A stretch of DNA of 64,000 bases from Gaiellaceae bacterium (GTDB lineage Bacteria; Actinomycetota; Thermoleophilia; Gaiellales; Gaiellaceae). The stretch is from assembly GCA_035708345.1 (NCBI GenBank), contig DASSSR010000009.1, positions 25-64,024 of the forward strand, read 5' to 3'. The translations under genes and the position numbers were made by a program. Position 1 is the first letter of the stretch, and every line of letters begins with the position of its first letter. Positions 56,887 to 64,000 of this stretch are shown piece after piece. A model generated the notes under the pieces. The model saw nothing but the letters and a program-made list of their open reading frames with translations. It had not been told where the DNA came from and ran no database searches.

Positions 56887-57192
56887 GTGGATCCTGCGAC
56901 GGCAGCCGAGCTGAAGACGGTGCTGGTGGGCGTCCGCCTGCCGGCAGAGCGCTCCGACCTGCTCGAGTACGCGGTCCGGCAGCATGCCGAGCCGCAGCTG
57001 CTCGACGGCCTCCGCTCGCTTTCGAGCGGCCGGCAGTACCAGAGCCTCGACGAGGTGGTCGACGAGCTGCTGCAGGTGCAGCCGGAGCGCGGCAAGCCCG
57101 TGCCCCACGAGCCGAAGGAAGAGGCCGGCCGGCCGCCGGGCGGCGACGCGTACACGGAGCAGGACCCGCGGTCCGGCGCGGTTCGGCTGTAG
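56887..57192 (+). CDS. DUF2795-like small protein
   Basis: ERSDLLEYAVRQHAEPQLLDGLRSLSSGRQYQSLDEVVDEL matches the DUF2795 pattern. Confidence 0.7.
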   Translation: MDPATAAELKTVLVGVRLPAERSDLLEYAVRQHAEPQLLDGLRSLSSGRQYQSLDEVVDELLQVQPERGKPVPHEPKEEAGRPPGGDAYTEQDPRSGAVRL

Positions 57193-57239
57193 CGGCGCCG
57201 GGCGGCTCACGTTTTGCCCCGGAACCCGTCGGCAAGGAC

Positions 57240-58232
57240 GTGACGGTGGGGAAGATCGCCGTCGTCACCGGCGGGAGCGCGGGCGTCGGCCGTGAAGTCG
57301 TGCGCCAGCTCGCGCGGCGCGGCTGGGACGTCGCCGTCCTGGCGCGCGGGCGCGCAGGCGCCGAAGCTGCGGCACGAGACGTCGAGGCCGCGGGCCGCCG
57401 CGGCCTCGCCGTCGTCACCGACGTCGCCGACCTCGAGCAGGTCGAGGCCGCGGCCGAACGGGTCGAGCAGGAGCTCGGGCCGATCGACGCCTGGGTGAAC
57501 GTCGCGTTCGTCGGCGCCCTCCGCTTCTTCTGGGACACCGACATGGAGACCTACAAGCGCATCACCGACGTCAGCTACCTGGGCCAGGTCCACGGCGTGC
57601 AGACGGCGCTGAAGCGGATGCGCCCGCGCGACCACGGCGTCGTCGTCAACGTCGGCTCCGCGCTCGCGTTCCGCGGGATCCCGCTCCAGGCCGCCTACTG
57701 CGGCGCGAAGCACGCGGTCAAGGGCTTCACCGAGTCGGTGATCACGGAGCTGAAGCACGAGGGCAGCAACGTGCAGCTGTGCATGGTGCAGCTGCCCGGC
57801 CTGAACACGGTGCAGTTCGACTGGAACGACAACGAGTTCGACGAGCACCCGCAGCCGGTCGCGCCGATCTTCCAGCCCGAGCTCGCGGGCCGCGCGATCG
57901 CGTACGTCGTCGAGCACCCGCGCCGCAACATGTGGGTCGGCGTCTCGACCGCCTACACGATCCTCGGCAACCGGTTCGCGCCCTGGCTCGTCGACTGGTA
58001 CCTCGCGAAGACCGGCGTCAACGGGCAGCTCTCGCAGCAGGACGGCCCGCGCTTCGGCTCGAACGTCTTCGAGCCGAAGGACGAAGACGCAGACCGCGGC
58101 TCGCACGGGATGTTCGACGAGCAGGCACACGGCTCCGACCCGTGGTCGTGGGCGTCGATGCACCGCAAGCAGATCGCCGGCGGCGCGCTCGCGGGCGTCG
58201 CCGCCGTGGCGGCGCTGCTCAGCCGGGACTAG
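57240..58232 (+). CDS. SDR-family oxidoreductase with a C-terminal hydrophobic tail
   Basis: TGGSAGVG cofactor motif, the catalytic YCGAKHAV, and NVGS. Confidence 0.9.
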   Translation: MTVGKIAVVTGGSAGVGREVVRQLARRGWDVAVLARGRAGAEAAARDVEAAGRRGLAVVTDVADLEQVEAAAERVEQELGPIDAWVNVAFVGALRFFWDTDMETYKRITDVSYLGQVHGVQTALKRMRPRDHGVVVNVGSALAFRGIPLQAAYCGAKHAVKGFTESVITELKHEGSNVQLCMVQLPGLNTVQFDWNDNEFDEHPQPVAPIFQPELAGRAIAYVVEHPRRNMWVGVSTAYTILGNRFAPWLVDWYLAKTGVNGQLSQQDGPRFGSNVFEPKDEDADRGSHGMFDEQAHGSDPWSWASMHRKQIAGGALAGVAAVAALLSRD

Positions 58233-58903
58233 AGATTCTTCCGCACGCCGGCCTCGTTCTCGAGGGCGACGACCTGCTCGTCGAGCGGAGCGGTCAGCCC
58301 GCGGCGGGAATCGACGCCGCGGAAGGTCGGCAGCATCCCCCTGCTGCGCGAGCCCTCGACCTCGAGCGCGAGCGCCGCGTAGAGCGCCGCCGCCGCGACG
58401 GCGCAGCCGACGACGCCGGTGGCCGTCTTCAGCCCGCCCGAGTGCGTCAGCCCGGTGATCCCCGTCAGGACGAAGCGGCACGCGGCGAACGCGAGCACGC
58501 CGGCGGGGAGCAGGCTGCCGCCGTGCGCGTCCGAGAGGGCGGGCACGAGCAGCGCCGCGCCGACGCCGAAGGCGAGCATCGCCGTCGCCTGCGACGGCAC
58601 CGGCTCGCCCGGGTGCGCGTTGATCAGCGCGAGCGCCGTGCCGAGCCAGGCGGCCGCGAGCACGCTCGAGCCGGTCGCCGCCGACGCGCTCCGCCCGTGG
58701 AAGCCGAAGACCGCCGCCACGAGCTGCAGCGGGATCGGCACCGCGATCAGCACCCAGCCCGTCTCGTGCACCTGCGACTTCGGGATCCAGCCGAGCTCGA
58801 GCCCGCTCAGCACCGTCGACGCGAGCAGCAGCCCGACGAACGTGAGCGGGAGCGGCGTCGCGATCGGCGTCAGGACGACGCGCGCGCGGTCGTCCCCGCG
58901 CAC
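58229..58903 (-). CDS. Six-TM membrane protein, tentatively a GPR1/FUN34/YaaH (acetate/succinate channel)-like protein
   Basis: 224 aa. The topology and the N-terminal P-x-PL motif region (TPIATPLPLTFVG) resemble the actinobacterial YaaH-like family. The assignment is tentative. Confidence 0.5.
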   Translation of the reverse strand: MRGDDRARVVLTPIATPLPLTFVGLLLASTVLSGLELGWIPKSQVHETGWVLIAVPIPLQLVAAVFGFHGRSASAATGSSVLAAAWLGTALALINAHPGEPVPSQATAMLAFGVGAALLVPALSDAHGGSLLPAGVLAFAACRFVLTGITGLTHSGGLKTATGVVGCAVAAAALYAALALEVEGSRSRGMLPTFRGVDSRRGLTAPLDEQVVALENEAGVRKNL

Positions 58904-58904
58904 C

Positions 58905-59846
58905 TCAGGCGCCGCGGCCGGCCGGTGCGGCGGGCTCGCCGGGGAAGGTGGTCGCCTTCGAGCCGCCGTTGCGGTCCGCGCGCTCGCGCTGCGGCTTCAC
59001 CGTGTACTTCGGGTCCCGTGCCGACTGGACGCCGGCCTTGAACACCGCCCAGCGGAGGCAGAGCTCGCCGGCGCAGACCATCGCGCCGCCGAGCGTCGCC
59101 GCGGCGCGGCTCCTGCGGCCCTTCGTCGCGAGCAGCGCGGCGCCGCCGCCCGCCAGCACCTTCGCGGCGAGCGAGAACTTCCCGGCGGCGCCCTGGTGGT
59201 AGACCTCGCCGACCTCGCCGAGCCGGAGCTCCATCGCGTGCACGAGCGTGCCCTCGGCGATCACGCCGCCGATCGCGAGCCGCCGCGCCGGGCCGGCGTC
59301 GCCGGGGTCCATGAACATGGTCGAGGCGGCGCCGGCGCTCGCCGTCGCGCTCGCGCCGAAGAGCCACGGCAGCTCGTGCCGTCCCTCGTGCCACGCCGGC
59401 ACCGCCGTGTCGGCGACGAGCACGCCCGTGTACGTCGCGAGCGGCGGGCCGAAGAAGGTCGCGACGAGCTCGGCGAGCAGCTTGACCGGCTTGAGGATCC
59501 CGAGCAGCTCGAGCACGGCGGCGGTGTTGGAGGCGCCGCCGTTGACGAGCAGCACCCAGGCGCCGACGTTCATCGGCGACGTCACCTTGAAGACGCGCAG
59601 CATGTGGTGGAAGCGCTCCGGCCGGCCGAGGTCGGAGATCAGCAGCAGCGGCGAGACCGCGTCGAACGCCGCGCCGATGTAGAGCGCGCGCTTCGACAGC
59701 TTCTCGTTCCCGAACAGCTTCGCCGACAGCGACAGCACCGACGACGCCCCGGAGACGCCGCCCGTGAAGAAGTACGTCGGGATCTCCCACGTCCACACCG
59801 GCTCCTTGATCACGGGCCGGCCGTAGTACGACCGCACCTCGCTCAC
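58905..59846 (-). CDS. NrfD/PsrC-type integral membrane (quinone-interacting) subunit of the formate dehydrogenase complex
   Basis: 313 aa from GTG 59846 (GTGA overlap with the Fe-S subunit). The N-terminus YYGRPVIKEPVWTWEIPTYFFTGG is the NrfD-family signature. Confidence 0.85.
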   Translation of the reverse strand: MSEVRSYYGRPVIKEPVWTWEIPTYFFTGGVSGASSVLSLSAKLFGNEKLSKRALYIGAAFDAVSPLLLISDLGRPERFHHMLRVFKVTSPMNVGAWVLLVNGGASNTAAVLELLGILKPVKLLAELVATFFGPPLATYTGVLVADTAVPAWHEGRHELPWLFGASATASAGAASTMFMDPGDAGPARRLAIGGVIAEGTLVHAMELRLGEVGEVYHQGAAGKFSLAAKVLAGGGAALLATKGRRSRAAATLGGAMVCAGELCLRWAVFKAGVQSARDPKYTVKPQRERADRNGGSKATTFPGEPAAPAGRGA

Positions 59847-60823
59847 CTGCGTCCTCCGAGCGCGACGACGCCGACGACGCCGACCATCAACGCGGCGGCG
59901 GCCGTCGCCATGTTCAGCCACATCTCGCCGAGCTTCGCCGTCGGCACGACCGGGTCGGGCGGGAGGCCGTACACCTCCGGGTCGTCGAGCAGCAGGAAGA
60001 AGGCGCCGAAGCCGCCGACGCCGTCGTCGGGGTTGCGGCCGTACAGCTGCGCGCCGTTCCAGCCCTCCGACTCGAGCTTCGCGAGCCGAGCGTCGGCGCG
60101 CTGCCGCAGCTCCTCGAGCGGGCCGAACTGGATCGACTTCGTCGGGCACGCCTTCGCGCACGCGGGCTCGTGGCCGCCGCGCAGCCGGTCGTAGCAGAGC
60201 GTGCACTTCCAGACGCGCCCGTCCTTCTGTTTCCCGAGGAACGACGGCAGGTCGGGCTTGTAGCCGGAGTCCTGCGTCGACGGGATCTCGCGCTTGTCGA
60301 GCACCCCGAACGGGCACGCGGGCACGCAGTAGCCGCAGCCGTTGCAGATGTCCGCCTGGATGACGACGGTGCCGAACTCGGTGCGGAAGAGCGAGCCGGT
60401 GGGGCAGACGTCGAGGCAGCCCGCGTGCGTGCAGTGCTTGCAGACGTCCGACTCCATCAGCCAGCGCAGGCCCGTCCCGCCGTCGCCGTTCCCAGTCGCC
60501 GAAGGCGACGGTTTTCCGCCGGGCGCCGACGGCTCTGCCGTCGGCGCTTCCAGCGTCCTGTACAGCGGCTTCTCCTGCTCGACGAAGGCGACGTGCCGCC
60601 AGGTGTTCGCGTCGAGCTCGCCGGTGTTGTCGTACGAGTGCCCCGTCCACTCCTGGCCGTCCTGCGGGATCAGGTTCCACTCCTTGCACGCGACCTCGCA
60701 CGCCTTGCAGCCGATGCACACCGACGTGTCGGTGAAGAAGCCGACGCGCTCGTGCTTGTCGTCGCCGTACGCCTCCCAGCCGGCCGGCTCGCCGGTCGGC
60801 TGCATCGGCAAGACGGCGCTCAT
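59843..60823 (-). CDS. Formate dehydrogenase iron-sulfur (4x[4Fe-4S]) subunit with a C-terminal TM anchor
   Basis: Ferredoxin motifs CIGCKACEVACKEWN, CKHCTHAGCLDVCP, CNGCGYCVPACP and CTLCYDR..AC..ACP. Confidence 0.9.
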   Translation of the reverse strand: MSAVLPMQPTGEPAGWEAYGDDKHERVGFFTDTSVCIGCKACEVACKEWNLIPQDGQEWTGHSYDNTGELDANTWRHVAFVEQEKPLYRTLEAPTAEPSAPGGKPSPSATGNGDGGTGLRWLMESDVCKHCTHAGCLDVCPTGSLFRTEFGTVVIQADICNGCGYCVPACPFGVLDKREIPSTQDSGYKPDLPSFLGKQKDGRVWKCTLCYDRLRGGHEPACAKACPTKSIQFGPLEELRQRADARLAKLESEGWNGAQLYGRNPDDGVGGFGAFFLLLDDPEVYGLPPDPVVPTAKLGEMWLNMATAAAALMVGVVGVVALGGRR

Positions 60824-60887
60824 GCCCGCTCCCGGCGCCGGCCGAGCCGGCGCCTCCGCTCTCTGATGAGCTCCGTCGAGCCTACGC

Positions 60888-63800
60888 TCATGTCTGCCGC
60901 ACCTCTTCGGGCTCCGTGCGCTCCTCGGTCGCGTACGAGCGCAGCTCCTCGACGAACCGCTCGTACGCCTTCCCGCGCGGGCGGCGGCCGGGGCGGATCC
61001 CGCACGTCGACGCCTTCGTCTCCATGATGTGCACGTTCGGGTCGAGCGCCGCGTGGATCAGGTCGTTCGCGCTGTCGCCCGACGTGAGCAGGCGCACCCC
61101 CCAGTGGTACGGCAGGCCGACCTGGTGGACGGTGCGGCCGCGCACGACGACCGGCGGGATCCGGTTCGTCACGAGCACGCGTGCCTCGATCGCCGCGCGC
61201 GTCGTGTAGATCGTCGCCCAGCCGCCGTGCTCGAGGCCCTCGAGCCCGGCGAGCTCGGGCGAGACTTCGCAGAACATCTGCGGCTGCAGCTCCGCGAGAT
61301 ACGGGACGGAGCGCGTCATGCCGCCGGCCGTGTGATGCTCGGTCAGGCGGTACGTCGTGACGACGTGCGGGAAGCGCTCCGCGCCGGGCTCGCCGGCGAT
61401 CGGGTTGTACGGGTCCCACCAGGCGTCCTTGTGCTGCTGGCGGCGCGGGTTCGCGCGCTGCGAGTAGAGCGGGTTGTCGAACGGCGACTCGTGCGGCTCG
61501 TAGTGCGTCGGCAGCGGCCCGTCCTCGAGACCCTGCGGGACGAACAGCCAGGAGCGGCCGTCCGACTGCATGATGAACGGGTGGTCGCCGGCGATCGCGT
61601 CGGGGCCCTCGGCGTCGTCGGGCGGCACGTAGTCCGGCGGCTTCGTCTCGTCGAAGTCGGGCGTGTCGACGCCCTGCCACTGCTCCTGCTCGCCGTCCCA
61701 CCAGACGTACTTCTTGCGCTCGGACCACGGCTTGCCGTCGGGGTCGGCGGAGGCGCGGTTGTAGATGATGTGCCGGTTCGCCGGCCACGCCCACGCCCAC
61801 TCCGGGGCGACGTACGTGTCCTGCTCCCAGTGCGCCTTCTTGCGCGCCGCCTGGTTGATCCCGTCCGCGTAGACGCCTGAGTAGATCCAGCAGCCGCACG
61901 CGGTCGAGCCGTCCTTCGTCAGCTCCTTGTAGCTCGACAGCGGCTCGCGCGTCTTCGTCTTGTAGCCGCTGATCTCCTTCAGGATCGCGTCCGCGCTCGG
62001 CTCCTCGATCTGCGCGTGCACCGGGTAGTCCCAGTTGAGGAGGTTGACGAGCTTGTCGCGCTCCTCCTCGGAGTCCTGCAGCATCGACTTGATCCGCTTG
62101 CCGAGGTGGAAGTAGAACCAGAGCTCCGAGCGGCAGTCCTCCTTCGGCTCGACCGCCTGGAAGTGCCACTGCAGCAGCCGCTGCGTGTTCGTGAAGGAGC
62201 CGTCCTTCTCCGTGTGCGACGCGGCCGGCATGAAGAAGACCTCCGTCGCGATCTCGTCGGTCTTCAGCTCGCCCGACTCGATCTCGGGGCTGTCGTACCA
62301 GAACGACGCCGACTCGATCTCGACGACGTCGCGCACGACGAGCCAGTCGAGCTTCGCGAGCGCGAGCCGGTGCGCCTTGCCGTTCGCGTTCCCGACGGCC
62401 GGGTTCTCGCCGGCGATGATGTAGCCCTTGACGTTGCCCTCGAGCATCTGCTCGAGCGTCCAGTAGACGGAGTTGTCCTGGTCGATGCGCGGCAGGTGCT
62501 CGAACAGCCACTCGTTCTCCTCGGTGGCGTTCGGGCCGAAGTACGCGCACATCAGGCTGACCCAGTACTCCTCGAAGTTCCCCCACCAGCCGGTCGGCGC
62601 GACGTTCGCCTGGACGTAGTTGTCGAAGCTGCCGTACTCCTCCGTGTGCGGCATCGGCAGGTAGCCGGGGAGGATGTTGTAGAGCGTCGGGATGTCGGTC
62701 GAGCCCTGGATGGACGCGTGCCCGCGCAGCGCCATGATCCCGCCGCCCGGCCGGCCGATGTTCCCCAGCAGCTGCTGCACGATCGCGCAGGTGCGGATGA
62801 TCTGGACGCCGACGGTGTGCTGCGTCCAGCCGACGGCGTAGCAGAACGCACTCGTGCGCTCGCGGCCGGAGTTCTGCGCGAGCGCCTCGGCGACGTAGAC
62901 GAAGTCGTCGACCGAGACGCCGCACGTGTCGGCGACGAACTCCGGCGTGTAGCGCGCGTAGTGGCGCTTGAGGATCTGGAAGACGCAGCGCGGATGGGCG
63001 AGGTCGGGGTCCTCGGACGGCGGCTCGCCGTGCGAGAGGCCGCCGCCGTGGCCGCCGTGGCCGGACTGCTCGCCCTTCGCCGAGTAGCCCTCCTCGCGCT
63101 GGCCCGCGGCGCCGTGCGTCTCCATCCCCTCGTACGCCCACGTCGTCGTGTCGTACTCGCCCTGCTCGGGGTCCCAGCCGGAGAAGAGCCCGTCGCCGTC
63201 CTCCGTGTCGGCGAACGCCTCGTCGATGATCACCGGCGCGTTCGTGTAGTGCTTGACGTACTCCTCGAAGTAGAGGTCGTTCTGCAGCAGGTAGTTGACG
63301 ATCCCGCCGAGGAAGGCGATGTCGGTGCCGGCGCGGATGCCGACCCACTTCGTCGCCATCGCGCTCGTGCGCGTGAAGCGCGGGTCGACGTGGATCACCT
63401 TCGCTCCCCGCTCGCGCGCCTCCATCACCCACTGGAAGCCGACCGGGTGGTTCTCGGCCATGTTCGAGCCCATAATCACGATGCAGTCGGAGTTCTGCAG
63501 GTCCTGCTGGAACGTCGTCGCACCGCCTCGCCCGAACGAGGTCCCCAGACTGGGGACCGTGGAGCTGTGTCATATGCGCGCCTGGTTCTCGACCTGCACG
63601 ACGCCGAGCGCGGTGAAGAGCTTCTTCATCACGTAGTTCTCTTCATTGTCCAGCGTCGCCCCGCCGAGGTTGCCGATCGCGAGCGTGCGGTTCGCCGGCG
63701 CGCCGTCTCCCGTCTTCTCCTGCCAGGTCTCGGCGCGCTTGTCGACGACGCGCTTCGCGATCATGTCCATCGCGTCCTCGAGCGACAGCTCCTCCCACTG

Positions 63801-64000
63801 CGTCCCGTACGGGCGCCGGTACTTGACCTTGTACTCCCGCAACGGGCTCGCCGCGTAGCTCCTGGACGCCTGCCCCTTCGGGCAGAGCCGGCCGCGGGAA
63901 ACTGGGCTCGCCGGGTCGCCCTCGATGTGCGTGACCTCGCCGTCCTTCACGTAGACGAGCTGCGCGCAACCGACCGCGCAGTAGGGGCAGATCGACTGGA
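60888..64000 (-). CDS. Formate dehydrogenase catalytic (molybdopterin) subunit. It contains selenocysteine (in-frame TGA at 63572..63570). The 5' end lies beyond the window.
   Basis: Track ORFs 60888..63479 and 63570..63950 are in the same frame. The read-through ..VQVENQARI[TGA]HSSTVPSLGTSFGRGGATTFQQDLQNSDCIVIMGSNMAENHP matches the FdnG/FdoG Sec site (ARxUH). Upstream, ..SICPYCAVGCAQLVYVKDGE.. is the N-terminal Fe-S motif and continues to position 64000. Confidence 0.92.
63540..63558 (-). promoter_or_regulatory. SECIS hairpin 11 nt downstream of the formate dehydrogenase UGA
   Basis: GGUCCCC-AGUCU-GGGGACC forms a perfect 7-bp stem with a 5-nt loop containing G and U. Confidence 0.6.

Overview
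64 kb of very GC-rich DNA (by eye above 70% G+C, with codon third positions almost all G/C). The gene content looks like a densely packed actinobacterial-type chromosome: QcrCAB plus CtaCDE respiration, an F420-type LLM enzyme, HxlR/TrmB regulators, and Ig-like/RTX secreted proteins. A Thermoleophilia/Solirubrobacterales-like Actinomycetota origin is only a guess. I support about 60 protein genes, one tRNA, one riboswitch and one small integrated element. Many adjacent genes are joined by GTGA/ATGA/TTGA start-stop overlaps. Most long Arg/Ala/Pro-rich ORFs in the track are alternate-frame artefacts of the GC bias.

Main points:
1. A 3.7-kb integrative element sits in the 3' half of tRNA-Arg(CCT), bounded by a 45-bp direct repeat. 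It carries a Fic (AMPylase-type) gene, and its integrase has an in-frame amber codon.
2. Two genes have in-frame TGA codons exactly at catalytic Cys/Sec positions, each followed by a SECIS-like hairpin. One is a formate dehydrogenase alpha subunit. The other is an AhpD/CMD-family protein with a C-x-x-U-x-x-x-H motif.
3. Directly 3' of that candidate selenoprotein gene is a tandemly duplicated, roughly 146-nt structured element with a 73-nt identical core. I cannot assign it to a known RNA or repeat class.
4. A clear TPP riboswitch controls an NCS1 permease, a PfkB kinase and a small Asp-box protein.
5. A 9.5-kb cluster has the parts of a split MprF-like or aminolipid-type lipid-modification system: two flippase-like (LPG-synthase-TM) proteins, an alpha/beta hydrolase, an ATP-grasp ligase, a PlsC-like acyltransferase, a FemAB-like GNAT, an MFS transporter and a GH63-like hydrolase.
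6. Complexes III and IV are encoded in one colinear ctaC-ctaD-ctaE-X-qcrC-qcrA-qcrB cluster, and subunit II carries a fused cytochrome c.

All functional calls come from reading the translated sequences for motifs. No database search was run.
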